Shown here piece after piece: positions 1 to 14,785 of a stretch of 64,000 nucleotides of DNA; the first letter of the stretch is position 1, and each line of letters opens with the position of its first letter. Position numbers and translations under genes: made by a program. This DNA is from Nemertoderma westbladi. Its lineage: Eukaryota > Animalia > Xenacoelomorpha. The stretch is taken from positions 62,001-126,000 of the forward strand of contig JAUCBJ010006714.1 in assembly GCA_032718475.1 (NCBI GenBank), read 5' to 3'. Under the pieces are notes generated by a model that was not told the origin of the DNA, made no database searches, and worked only from the letters and a program-made list of their open reading frames with translations.

Positions 1-3000
1 TAGTTTTAGCCACTATCCGTAATGTCACAACGTTTACGCGTTTTAGTTTTAGCCACTAACCGTAATGTCACGACGTCTACGCGTTTTAGTTTTAGCCACT
101 ATCCGTAATGTAACAACATCTACGCGTTTTAGTTTTAGCCACTAACCGTAATGTCCCAACGTCTACGCGTTTTAGTTTTAGCCACTATCCGTAATGTAAC
201 AATGTCTACGCGTTTTAGTTTTAGCCACTAACCGTAATGTCACAACGTCTACGCGTTTTAGTTTTAGCCACTAACCGTAATGTCACGACGTCTACGCGTT
301 TTAGTTTTAGCCACTATCCGTAATGTCACAACGTTTACGCGTTTTAGTTTTAGCCACTAACCGTAATGTAACAACGTCTACGCGTTTTAGTTTTAGCCAC
401 TAACCGTAATGTCACGACGTCTACGCGTTTTAGTTTTAGCCACTATCCGTAATGTAACAACATCTACGCGTTTTAGTTTTAGCCACTAACCGTAATGTCA
501 CGACGTCTACGCGTTTTAGTTTTAGCCACTATCCGTAATGTAACAACGTCTACGCGTTTTAGTTTTAGCCACTAACCGTAATGTCACGACGTCTACGCGT
601 TTTAGTTTTAGCCACTATCCGTAATGTAACAACGTCTACGCGTTTTAGTTTTAGCCACTAACCGTAATGTCACGACGTCTACGCGTTTTAGTTTTAGCCA
701 CTATCCGTAATGTAACAACGTCTACGCGTTTTAGTTTTAGCCACTATCCGTAATGTAACAACGTCTACGCGTTTTAGTTTTAGCCACTATCCGTAATGTA
801 ACAACGTCTACGCGTTTTAGTTTTAGCCACTAACCGTAATGTCACGACGTCTACGCGTTTTAGTTTTAGCCACTAACCGTAATGTCACGACGTCTACGCG
901 TTTTAGTTTTAGCCACTATCCGTAATGTAACAACGTCTACGCGTTTTAGTTTTAGCCACTAACCGTAATGTCACGACGTCTACGCGTTTTAGTTTTAGCC
1001 ACTATCCGTAATGTAACAACGTCTACGCGTTTTAGTTTTAGCCACTAACCGTAATGTCACGACGTCTACGCGTTTTAGTTTTAGTCACTATCCGTAATGT
1101 AACAACGTCTACGCGTTTTAGTTTTAGCCACTATCCGTAATGTAACAACGTCTACGCGTTTTAGTTTTAGCCACTAACCGTAATGTCACGACGTCTACGC
1201 GTTTTAGTTTTAGCCACTATCCGTAATGTAACAACGTCTACGCGTTTTAGTTTTAGCCACTAACCGTAATGTCACGACGTCTACGCGTTTTAGTTTTAGC
1301 CACTATCCGTAATGTAACAACATCTACGCGTTTTAGTTTTAGCCACTAACCGTAATGTCACGACGTCTACGCGTTTTAGTTTTAGCCACTAACCGTAATG
1401 TCACAACGTCTACGCGTTTTAGTTTTAGCCACTAACCGTAATGTCACAACGTCTACGCGTTTTAGTTTTAGCCACTAACCGTAATGTCACAACGTCTACG
1501 CGTTTTAGTTTTAGCCACTATCCGTAATGTAACAACGTCTACGCGTTTTAGTTTTAGCCACTATCCGTAATGTAACAACGTCTACGCGTTTTAGTTTTAG
1601 CCACTAACCGTAATGTCACGACGTCTACGCGTTTTAGTTTTAGCCACTATCCGTAATGTAACAACATCTACGCGTTTTAGTTTTAGCCACTAACCGTAAT
1701 GTCACGACGTCTACGCGTTTTAGTTTTAGCCACTAACCGTAATGTCACGACGTCTACGCGTTTTAGTTTTAGCCACTATCCGTAATGTCACGACGTCTAC
1801 GCGTTTTAGTTTTAGCCACTAACCGTAATGTCACAACGTCTACGCGTTTTAGTTTTAGCCACTATCCGTAATGTCACAACGTCTACGCGTTTTAGTTTTA
1901 GCCACCAACCGTAATGTAACAACGTCTACGCGTTTTAGTTTTAGCCACTAACCGTAATGTCACGACGTCTACGCGTTTTAGTTTTAGCCACTATCCGTAA
2001 TGTAACAACGTCTACGCGTTTTAGTTTTAGCTACCAACCGTAATGTAACAACGTCTACGCGTTTTAGTTTTAGCCACTATCCGTAATGTAACAACGTCTA
2101 CGCGTTTTAGTTTTAGCTACCAACCGTAATGTAACAACGTCTACGCGTTTTAGTTTTAGCCACTATCCGTAATGTAACAACGTCTACGCGTTTTAGTTTT
2201 AGCTACCAACCGTAATGTAACAACGTCTACGCGTTTTAGTTTTAGCTACCAACCGTAATGTAACAACGTCTACGCGTTTTAGTTTTAGCCACTATCCGTA
2301 ATGTAACAACGTCTACGCGTTTTAGTTTTAGCTACCAACCGTAATGTAACAACGTCTACGCGTTTTAGTTTTAGCCACTATCCGTAATGTAACAACGTCT
2401 ACGCGTTTTAGTTTTAGCCACCAACCGTAATGTAACAACGTCTACGCGTTTTAGTTTTAGCCACTATCCGTAATGTAACAACGTCTACGCGTTTTAGTTT
2501 TAGCTACCAACCGTAATGTAACAACGTCTACGCGTTTTAGTTTTAGCCACTATCCGTAATGTCACGACGTCTACGCGTTTTAGTTTTAGCCACTATCCGT
2601 AATGTAACAACATCTACGCGTTTTAGTTTTAGCCACTATCCGTAATGTAACAACGTCTACGCGTTTTAGTTTTAGCCACTATCCGTAATGTCACAACGTC
2701 TACGCGTTTTAGTTTTAGCCACTATCCGTAATGTAACAACGTCTACGCGTTTTAGTTTTAGCCACTATCCGTAATGTAACAACATCTACGCGTTTTAGTT
2801 TTAGCCACTATCCGTAATGTAACAACGTCTACGCGTTTTAGTTTTAGCTACCAACCGTAATGTAACAACGTCTACGCGTTTTAGTTTTAGCCACCAACCG
2901 TAATGTCCCAACGTCTACGCGTTTTAGTTTTAGCCACTATCCGTAATGTCACAACGTCTACGCGTTTTAGTTTTAGCCACCAACCGTAATGTAACAACGT

Positions 3001-6000
3001 CTACGCGTTTTAGTTTTAGCCACTAACCGTAATGTAACAACATCTACGCGTTTTAGTTTTAGCCACCAACCGTAATGTCCCAACGTCTACGCGTTTTAGT
3101 TTTAGCTACCAACCGTAATGTCACGACGTCTACGCGTTTTAGTTTTAGCCACCAACCGTAATGTCCCAACGTCTACGCGTTTTAGTTTTAGCTACCAACC
3201 GTAATGTCACGACGTCTACGCGTTTTAGTTTTAGCCACCAACCGTAATGTCACAACGTCTACGCGTTTTAGTTTTAGCCACTAACCGTAATGTAACAACG
3301 TCTACGCGTTTTAGTTTTAGCCACTATCCGTAATGTAACAACGTCTACGCGTTTTAGTTTTAGCCACTATCCGTAATGTAACAACATCTACGCGTTTTAG
3401 TTTTAGCTACTATCCATAATGTCACAACGTCTACGCGTTTTAGTTTTAGCTACCAACCGTAATGTCACGACGTCTACGCGTTTTAGTTTTAGCTACTATC
3501 CGTAATGTCACAACGTCTACGCGTTTTAGTTTTAGCTACCAACCGTAATGTCACGACGTCTACGCGTTTTAGTTTTAGCTACCAACCGTAATGTCACGAC
3601 GTCTACGCGTTTTAGTTTTAGCCACCAACCGTAATGTCCCAACGTCTACGCGTTTTAGTTTTAGCTACCAACCGTAATGTCACGACGTCTACGCGTTTTA
3701 GTTTTAGCCACCAACCGTAATGTAACAACATCTACGCGTTTTAGTTTTAGCCACTATCCGTAATGTAACAACATCTACGCGTTTTAGTTTTAGCCACTAA
3801 CCGTAATGTCACAACGTCTACGTGTTTTAGTTTTAGCCACTATCCGTAATGTAACAACGTCTACGCGTTTTAGTTTTAGCCACCAACCGTAATGTAACAA
3901 CGTCTACGCGTTTTAGTTTTAGCCACCAACCGTAATGTAACAACGTCTACGCGTTTTAGTTTTAGCTACCAACCGTAATGTAACAACGTCTACGCGTTTT
4001 AGTTTTAGCCACCAACCGTAATGTCCCAACGTCTACGCGTTTTAGTTTTAGCTACCAACCGTAATGTCACGACGTCAACGCGTTTTAGTTTTAGCCACTA
4101 TCCGTAATGTAACAACGTCTACGCGTTTTAGTTTTAGCCACTAACCGTAATGTCACGACGTCTACGCGTTTTAGTTTTAGCCACCAACCGTAATGTCACA
4201 ACGTCTACGCGTTTTAGTTTTAGCCACTATCCGTAATGTAACAACGTCTACGCGTTTTAGTTTTAGCCACTAACCGTAATGTCACAACGTCTACGCGTTT
4301 TAGTTTTAGCCACTATCCGTAATGTAACAACGTCTACGCGTTTTAGTTTTAGCCACTATCCGTAATGTAACAACGTCTACGCGTTTTAGTTTTAGCTACC
4401 AACCGTAATGTAACAACGTCTACGCGTTTTAGTTTTAGCCACTATCCGTAATGTCACAACGTCTACGCGTTTTAGTTTTAGCCACTAACCGTAATGTCAC
4501 AACATCTACGCGTTTTAGTTTTAGCCACTATCCGTAATGTAACAACATCTACGCGTTTTAGTTTTAGCCACTATCCGTAATGTAACAACGTCTACGCGTT
4601 TTAGTTTTAGCCACTATCCGTAATGTAACAACGTCTACGCGTTTTAGTTTTAGCCACTATCCGTAATGTAACAACGTCTACGCGTTTTAGTTTTAGCCAC
4701 TATCCGTAATGTAACAACGTCTACGCGTTTTAGTTTTAGCCACTATCCGTAATGTAACAACGTCTACGCGTTTTAGTTTTAGCCACTATCCGTAATGTCA
4801 CAACGTCTACGCGTTTTAGTTTTAGCCACTAACCGTAATGTCACGACGTCTACGCGTTTTAGTTTTAGCCACCAACCGTAATGTAACAACGTCTACGCGT
4901 TTTAGTTTTAGCCACTAACCGTAATGTCACAACATCTACGCGTTTTAGTTTTAGCCACCAACCGTAATGTAACAACGTCTACGCGTTTTAGTTTTAGCCA
5001 CCAACCGTAATGTCACAACGTCTACGCGTTTTAGTTTTAGCTACCAACCGTAATGTAACAACGTCTACGCGTTTTAGTTTTAGCCACTATCCGTAATGTC
5101 ACAACGTCTACGCGTTTTAGTTTTAGCCACTAACCGTAATGTCACAACATCTACGCGTTTTAGTTTTAGCCACTAACCGTAATGTAACAACGTCTACGCG
5201 TTTTAGTTTTAGCCACTATCCGTAATGTAACAACGTCTACGCGTTTTAGTTTTAGCCACTAACCGTAATGTCACGACGTCTACGCGTTTTAGTTTTAGCC
5301 ACTATCCGTAATGTAACAACGTCTACGCGTTTTAGTTTTAGCCACTAACCGTAATGTCACAACGTCTACGCGTTTTAGTTTTAGCCACTAACCGTAATGT
5401 CACAACGTCTACGCGTTTTAGGTTTAGCCACTAACCGTAATGTCACAACGTCTACGCGTTTTAGTTTTAGCCACCAACCGTAATGTCACAACGTCTACGC
5501 GTTTTAGTTTTAGCCACTAACCGTAATGTCACAACGTCTACGCGTTTTAGTTTTAGCCACTAACCGTAATGTCACAACGTCTACGCGTTTAAGGTTTAGT
5601 CACTAACCGTAATGTCACGACGTCTACGCGTTTTAGTTTTAGCCACTAACCGTAATGTAACAACGTCTACGCGTTTTAGTTTTAGCCACTAACCGTAATG
5701 TCACAACGTCTACGCGTTTTAGTTTTAGCCACTAACCGTAATGTAACAACGTCTACGCGTTTTAGTTTTAGCCACTAACCGTAATGTCACAACGTCTACG
5801 CGTTTTAGGTTTAGTCACTAACCGTAATGTCACAACGTCTACGCGTTTTAGTTTTAGCCACTAACCGTAATGTCACAACGTCTACGCGTTTTAGGTTTAG
5901 TCACTAACCGTAATGTCACAACGTCTACGCGTTTTAGTTTTAGCCACTAACCGTAATGTCACAACATCTACGCGTTTTAGTTTTAGCCACTATCCGTAAT

Positions 6001-9000
6001 GTCACAACGTCTACGCGTTTTAGTTTTAGCCACCAACCGTAATGTCACAACGTCTACGCGTTTTAGTTTTAGCCACTAACCGTAATGTCACAACGTCTAC
6101 GCGTTTTAGTTTTAGCCACTAACCGTAATGTCACAACGTCTACGCGTTTTAGTTTTAGCCACTAACCGTAATGTCACGACGTCTACGCGTTTTAGTTTTA
6201 GCCACTAACCGTAATGTCACAACGTCTACGCGTTTTAGTTTTAGCCACTATCCGTAATGTAACAACGTCTACGCGTTTTAGTTTTAGCCACTAACCGTAA
6301 TGTCACAACGTCTACGCGTTTTAGTTTTAGCCACTAACCGTAATGTAACAACGTCTACGCGTTTTAGTTTTAGCCACTAACCGTAATGTCACGACGTCTA
6401 CGCGTTTTAGTTTTAGCCACTAACCGTAATGTAACAACGTCTAAGCGTTTTAGTTTTAGTCACTAACCGTAATGTCACGACGTCTACGCGTTTTAGTTTT
6501 AGCTACCAACCGTAATGTCACAACGTCTACGCGTTTTAGTTTTAGCCACTAACCGTAATGTCACGACGTCTACGCGTTTTAGTTTTAGCCACCAACCGTA
6601 ATGTCACAACGTCTACGCGTTTTAGTTTTAGCTACCAACCGTAATGTCACAACGTCTACGCGTTTTAGTTTTAGTCACTAACCGTAATGTCACGACGTCT
6701 ACGCGTTTTAGTTTTAGCTACCAACCGTAATGTCACAACGTCTACGCGTTTTAGTTTTAGCCACTAACCGTAATGTCACGACGTCTACGCGTTTTAGTTT
6801 TAGCCACCAACCGTAATGTCACAACGTCTACGCGTTTTAGTTTTAGCCACTAACCGTAATGTCACGACGTCTACGCGTTTTAGTTTTAGCCACCAACCGT
6901 AATGTCACAACGTCTACGCGTTTTAGTTTTAGCTACCAACCGTAATGTCACAACGTCTACGCGTTTTAGTTTTAGCTACCAACCGTAATGTCACAACGTC
7001 TACGCGTTTTAGTTTTAGCCACTAACCGTAATGTAACAACGTCTACGCGTTTTAGTTTTAGCCACTATCCGTAATGTAACAACGTCTACGCGTTTTAGTT
7101 TTAGCCACTAACCGTAATGTCACAACGTCTACGCGTTTTAGTTTTAGCCACTAACCGTAATGTCACGACGTCTACGCGTTTTAGTTTTAGCCACTAACCG
7201 TAATGTCACAACGTCTACGCGTTTTAGTTTTAGCCACTATCCGTAATGTCACAACGTCTACGCGTTTTAGTTTTAGCCACTATCCGTAATGTAACAACGT
7301 CTACGCGTTTTAGTTTTAGCCACTAACCGTAATGTAACAACGTCTACGCGTTTTAGTTTTAGCCACTAACCGTAATGTCACAACGTCTACGCGTTTTAGT
7401 TTTAGCCACTATCCGTAATGTAACAACGTCTACGCGTTTTAGTTTTAGCCACTAACCGTAATGTCACAACGTCTACGCGTTTTAGTTTTAGCCACTATCC
7501 GTAATGTAACAACGTCTACGCGTTTTAGTTTTAGCCACTAACCGTAATGTCACAACGTCTACGCGTTTTAGTTTTAGCCACTAACCGTAATGTAACAACG
7601 TCTACGCGTTTTAGTTTTAGCCACTAACCGTAATGTCACAACGTCTACGCGTTTTAGTTTTAGCCACTATCCGTAATGTCACAACGTCTACGCGTTTTAG
7701 TTTTAGCTACCAACCGTAATGTCACAACGTCTACGCGTTTTAGTTTTAGCTACCAACCGTAATGTCACAACGTCTACGCGTTTTAGTTTTAGTCACTATC
7801 CGTAATGTAACAACGTCTACGCGTTTTAGTTTTAGCTACCAACCGTAATGTCACAACGTCTACGCGTTTTAGTTTTAGCCACCACCGTAATGTAACAACG
7901 TCTACGCGTTTTAGTTTTAGCTACCAACCGTAATGTCACAACGTCTACGCGTTTTAGTTTTAGCTACCAACCGTAATGTCACAACGTCTACGCGTTTTAG
8001 TTTTAGCTACCAACCGTAATGTCACAACGTCTACGCGTTTTAGTTTTAGCTACCAACCGTAATGTCACAACGTCTACGCGTTTTAGTTTTAGCCACCACC
8101 GTAATGTAACAACGTCTACGCGTTTTAGTTTTAGCTACCAACCGTAATGTCACAACGTCTACGCGTTTTAGTTTTAGCTACCAACCGTAATGTCACAACG
8201 TCTACGCGTTTTAGTTTTAGCTACCAACCGTAATGTCACAACGTCTACGCGTTTTAGTTTTAGCCACCACCGTAATGTCACAACGTCTACGCGTTTTAGT
8301 TTTAGCTACCAACCGTAATGTCACAACGTCTACGCGTTTTAGTTTTAGCTACCAACCGTAATGTCACAACGTCTACGCGTTTTAGTTTTAGCTACCAACC
8401 GTAATGTCACAACGTCTACGCGTTTTAGTTTTAGCTACCAACCGTAATGTCACGACGTCAACGCGTTTTAGTTTTAGCCACTAACCGTAATGTAACAACG
8501 TCTACGCGTTTTAGTTTTAGCTACCAACCGTAATGTCACAACGTCTACGCGTTTTAGTTTTAGCTACCAACCGTAATGTCACAACGTCTACGCGTTTTAG
8601 TTTTAGCTACCAACCGTAATGTCACAACGTCTACGCGTTTTAGTTTTAGCTACCAACCGTAATGTCACGACGTCAACGCGTTTTAGTTTTAGCCACTAAC
8701 CGTAATGTAACAACGTCTACGCGTTTTAGTTTTAGCCACTATCCGTAATGTAACAACGTCTACGCGTTTTAGTTTTAGCCACTATCCGTAATGTAACAAC
8801 GTCTACGCGTTTTAGTTTTAGCCACTATCCGTAATGTAACAACATCTACGCGTTTTAGTTTTAGCCACTATCCGTAATGTAACAACATCTACGCGTTTTA
8901 GTTTTAGCTACCAACCGTAATGTCACAACGTCTACGCGTTTTAGTTTTAGCCACTAACCGTAATGTAACAACGTCTACGCGTTTTAGTTTTAGCCACTAT

Positions 9001-12000
9001 CCGTAATGTAACAACGTCTACGCGTTTTAGTTTTAGCCACTAACCGTAATGTCACGACGTCTACGCGTTTTAGTTTTAGTCACTATCCGTAATGTAACAA
9101 CGTCTACGCGTTTTAGTTTTAGCCACTATCCGTAATGTAACAACATCTACGCGTTTTAGTTTTAGCCACTAACCGTAATGTAACAACGTCTACGCGTTTT
9201 AGTTTTAGCCACTAACCGTAATGTCACGACGTCTACGCGTTTTAGTTTTAGTCACTATCCGTAATGTAACAACGTCTACGCGTTTTAGTTTTAGCCACTA
9301 ACCGTAATGTCACGACGTCTACGCGTTTTAGTTTTAGTCACTATCCGTAATGTAACAACGTCTACGCGTTTTAGTTTTAGCCACTATCCGTAATGTAACA
9401 ACATCTACGCGTTTTAGTTTTAGCCACTATCCGTAATGTAACAACGTCTACGCGTTTTAGTTTTAGCCACTAACCGTAATGTCACGACGTCTACGCGTTT
9501 TAGTTTTAGCCACTAACCGTAATGTCACAACATCTATGCGTTTTAGTTTTAGCCACTATCCGTAATGTAACAACGTCTACGCGTTTTAGTTTTAGCCACC
9601 AACCGTAATGTCACAACGTCTACGCGTTTTAGTTTTAGCCACTATCCGTAATGTAACAACGTCTACGCGTTTTAGTTTTAGCCACTATCCGTAATGTAAC
9701 AACGTCTACGCGTTTTAGTTTTAGCCACTATCCGTAATGTAACAACGTCTACGCGTTTTAGTTTTAGCCACTAACCGTAATGTCACAACATCTACGCGTT
9801 TTAGTTTTAGCCACTAACCGTAATGTCACAACATCTACGCGTTTTAGTTTTAGCCACTATCCGTAATGTAACAACGTCTACGCGTTTTAGTTTTAGCCAC
9901 TATCCGTAATGTAACAACGTCTACGCGTTTTAGTTTTAGCCACTAACCGTAATGTCACAACATCTACGCGTTTTAGTTTTAGCCACTAACCGTAATGTCA
10001 CAACATCTACGCGTTTTAGTTTTAGCCACTATCCGTAATGTAACAACGTCTACGCGTTTTAGTTTTAGCCACTAACCGTAATGTCACAACATCTACGCGT
10101 TTTAGTTTTAGCCACTAACCGTAATGTCACAACATCTACGCGTTTTAGTTTTAGCCACTATCCGTAATGTAACAACGTCTACGCGTTTTAGTTTTAGCCA
10201 CTATCCGTAATGTAACAACGTCTACGCGTTTTAGTTTTAGCCACTATCCGTAATGTAACAACGTCTACGCGTTTTAGTTTTAGCCACTATCCGTAATGTA
10301 ACAACGTCTACGCGTTTTAGTTTTAGCCACAATCCGTAATGTAACAACATCTACGCGTTTTAGTTTTAGCCACTATCCGTAATGTAACAACGTCTACGCG
10401 TTTTAGTTTTAGCCACTAACCGTAATGTAACAACGTCTACGCGTTTTAGTTTTAGCCACTATCCGTAATGTCACAACGTCTACGCGTTTTAGTTTTAGCC
10501 ACTATCCGTAATGTAACAACGTCTACGCGTTTTAGTTTTAGCCACTATCCGTAATGTAACAACGTCTACGCGTTTTAGTTTTAGCCACTATCCGTAATGT
10601 AACAACGTCTACGCGTTTTAGTTTTAGCCACTATCCGTAATGTCACAACGTCTACGCGTTTTAGTTTTAGCCACTATCCGTAATGTAACAACGTCTACGC
10701 GTTTTAGTTTTAGCCACTATCCGTAATGTAACAACGTCTACGCGTTTTAGTTTTAGCCACTAACCGTAATGTAACAACGTCTACGCCTTTTAGTTTTAGC
10801 CACTAACCGCAATGTCACGACGTCTACGCGTTTTAGTTTTAGCCACTATCCGTAATGTAACAACGTCTACGCGTTTTAGTTTTAGCCACTATCCGTAATG
10901 TAACAACGTCTACGCGTTTTAGTTTTAGCCACTATCCGTAATGTAACAACGTCTACGCGTTTTAGTTTTAGCCACTATCCGTAATGTAACAACGTCTACG
11001 CGTTTTAGTTTTAGCCACTATCCGTAATGTAACAACGTCTACGCGTTTTAGTTTTAGCCACTATCCGTAATGTAACAACGTCTACGCGTTTTAGTTTTAG
11101 CCACTATCCGTAATGTCACAACGTCTACGCGTTTTAGTTTTAGCCACTATCCGTAATGTAACAACGTCTACGCGTTTTAGTTTTAGCCACTATCCGTAAT
11201 GTAACAACGTCTACGCGTTTTAGTTTTAGCCACTATCCGTAATGTCACAACGTCTACGCGTTTTAGTTTTAGCCACTATCCGTAATGTAACAACGTCTAC
11301 GCGTTTTAGTTTTAGCCACTATCCGTAATGTCACAACGTCTACGCGTTTTAGTTTTAGCCACTAACCGTAATGTCACGACGTCTACGCGTTTTAGTTTTA
11401 GCCACTATCCGTAATGTAACAACATCTACGCGTTTTAGTTTTAGCCACTATCCGTAATGTAACAACGTCTACGCGTTTTAGTTTTAGCCACTATCCGTAA
11501 TGTAACAACGTCTACGCGTTTTAGTTTTAGCCACTATCCGTAATGTAACAACGTCTACGCGTTTTAGTTTTAGCCACTAACCGTAATGTCACGACGTCTA
11601 CGCGTTTTAGTTTTAGTCACTATCCGTAATGTAACAACGTCTACGCGTTTTAGTTTTAGCCACTATCCGTAATGTAACAACATCTACGCGTTTTAGTTTT
11701 AGCCACTATCCGTAATGTAACAACGTCTACGCGTTTTAGTTTTAGCCACTAACCGTAATGTCACGACGTCTACGCGTTTTAGTTTTAGTCACTATCCGTA
11801 ATGTCACAACGTCTACGCGTTTTAGTTTTAGCCACTAACCGTAATGTAACAACATCTACGCGTTTTAGTTTTAGCCACTATCCGTAATGTAACAACGTCT
11901 ACGCGTTTTAGTTTTAGCCACTAACCGTAATGTCACAACGTCTACGCGTTTTAGTTTTAGCCACTAACCGTAATGTAACAACATCTACGCGTTTTAGTTT

Positions 12001-14441
12001 TAGCCACTATCCGTAATGTAACAACGTCTACGCGTTTTAGTTTTAGCCACTAACCGTAATGTCACAACGTCTACGCGTTTTAGTTTTAGCCACTATCCGT
12101 AATGTAACAACATCTACGCGTTTTAGTTTTAGCCACTATCCGTAATGTCACAACGTCTACGCGTTTTAGTTTTAGCCACTAACCGTAATGTAACAACGTC
12201 TACGCGTTTTAGTTTTAGCCACTATCCGTAATGTAACAACATCTACGCGTTTTAGTTTTAGCCACTATCCGTAATGTAACAACATCTACGCGTTTTAGTT
12301 TTAGCCACTATCCGTAATGTCACGACGTCTACGCGTTTTAGTTTTAGCCACTATCCGTAATGTCACAACGTCTACGCGTTTTAGTTTTAGCCACTAACCG
12401 TAATGTAACAACGTCTACGCGTTTTAGTTTTAGCCACTATCCGTAATGTAACAACATCTACGCGTTTTAGTTTTAGCCACTATCCGTAATGTAACAACAT
12501 CTACGCGTTTTAGTTTTAGCCACTATCCGTAATGTCACGACGTCTACGCGTTTTAGTTTTAGCCACTATCCGTAATGTCACAACGTCTACGCGTTTTAGT
12601 TTTAGCCACTAACCGTAATGTAACAACATCTACGCGTTTTAGTTTTAGCCACTATCCGTAATGTCACGACGTCTACGCGTTTTAGTTTTAGCCACTATCC
12701 GTAATGTCACAACGTCTACGCGTTTTAGTTTTAGCCACTAACCGTAATGTAACAACGTCTACGCGTTTTAGTTTTAGCCACTATCCGTAATGTAACAACG
12801 TCTACGCGTTTTAGTTTTAGCCACTATCCGTAATGTCACAACGTCTACGCGTTTTAGTTTTAGCCACTAACCGTAATGTAACAACGTCTACGCGTTTTAG
12901 TTTTAGCCACTATCCGTAATGTAACAACGTCTACGCGTTTTAGTTTTAGCCACTAACCGTAATGTCACAACGTCTACGCGTTTTAGTTTTAGCCACTAAC
13001 CGTAATGTAACAACATCTACGCGTTTTAGTTTTAGCCACTATCCGTAATGTCACGACGTCTACGCGTTTTAGTTTTAGCCACTATCCGTAATGTAACAAC
13101 GTCTACGCGTTTTAGTTTTAGCCACTATCCGTAATGTAACAACATCTACGCGTTTTAGTTTTAGCCACTAACCGTAATGTAACAACGTCTACGCGTTTTA
13201 GTTTTAGCCACTATCCGTAATGTAACAACGTCTACGCGTTTTAGTTTTAGCTACCAACCGTAATGTAACAACGTCTACGCGTTTTAGTTTTAGCCACTAT
13301 CCGTAATGTAACAACATCTACGCGTTTTAGTTTTAGCCACTATCCGTAATGTAACAACGTCTACGCGTTTTAGTTTTAGCCACTATCCGTAATGTAACAA
13401 CGTCTACGCGTTTTAGTTTTAGCCACTATCCGTAATGTAACAACGTCTACGCGTTTTAGTTTTAGCCACTATCCGTAATGTAACAACGTCTACGCGTTTT
13501 AGTTTTAGCTACCAACCGTAATGTAACAACGTCTACGCGTTTTAGTTTTAGCCACTATCCGTAATGTCACGACGTCTACGTGTTTTAGTTTTAGCCACTA
13601 TCCGTAATGTAACAACATCTACGCGTTTTAGTTTTAGCCACTATCCGTAATGTAACAACGTCTACGCGTTTTAGTTTTAGCCACTATCCGTAATGTAACA
13701 ACATCTACGCGTTTTAGTTTTAGCCACTATCCGTAATGTAACAACGTCTACGCGTTTTAGTTTTAGCTACCAACCGTAATGTCACAACGTCTACGCGTTT
13801 TAGTTTTAGCCACTATCCGTAATGTAACGACGTCTACGTGTTTTAGTTTTAGCCACTATCCGTAATGTCACAACGTCTACGCGTTTTAGTTTTAGCCACT
13901 AACCGTAATGTCACAACGTCTACGCGTTTTAGTTTTAGCCACTATCCGTAATGTCACGACGTCTACGCGTTTTAGTTTTAGCCACTATCCGTAATGTAAC
14001 AACATCTACGCGTTTTAGTTTTAGCCACTAACCGTAATGTAACAACGTCTACGCGTTTTAGTTTTAGCCACTAACCGTAATGTAACAACGTCTACGCGTT
14101 TTAGTTTTAGCCACTATCCGTAATGTCCCAACGTCTACGCGTTTTAGTTTTAGCCACTATCCGTAATGTAACAACGTCTACGCGTTTTAGTTTTAGCCAC
14201 TAACCGTAATGTAACAACGTCTACGCGTTTTAGTTTTAGCCACTAACCGTAATGTAACAACGTCTACGCGTTTTAGTTTTAGCCACTAACCGTAATGTAA
14301 CAACGTCTACGCGTTTTAGTTTTAGCCACTATCCGTAATGTAACAACGTCTACGCGTTTTAGTTTTAGCCACTAACCGTAATGTAACAACGTCTACGCGT
14401 TTTAGTTTTAGCCACTAACCGTAATGTCACGACGTCTACGC

Positions 14442-14785
14442 GTTTTAGTTTTAGCCACTATCCGTAATGTAACGACGTCTACGCGTTTTAGTTTTAGCCA
14501 CTATCCGTAATGTAACGACGTCTACGCGTTTTAGTTTTAGCCACTATCCGTAATGTAACGACGTCTACGCGTTTTAGTTTTAGCCACTATCCGTAATGTA
14601 ACGACGTCTACGCGTTTTAGTTTTAGCCACTATCCGTAATGTAACGACGTCTACGCGTTTTAGTTTTAGCCACTATCCGTAATGTAACGACGTCTACGCG
14701 TTTTAGTTTTAGCCACTATCCGTAATGTAACGACGTCTACGCGTTTTAGTTTTAGCCACTATCCGTAATGTAACGACGTCTACGC
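14442..14785. repeat. Run of 8 identical monomers (TATCC / GTAACGACGTC variant)
   Basis: AACGACGTC at 14471 through 14772 at 43-bp steps. Confidence 0.85.
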
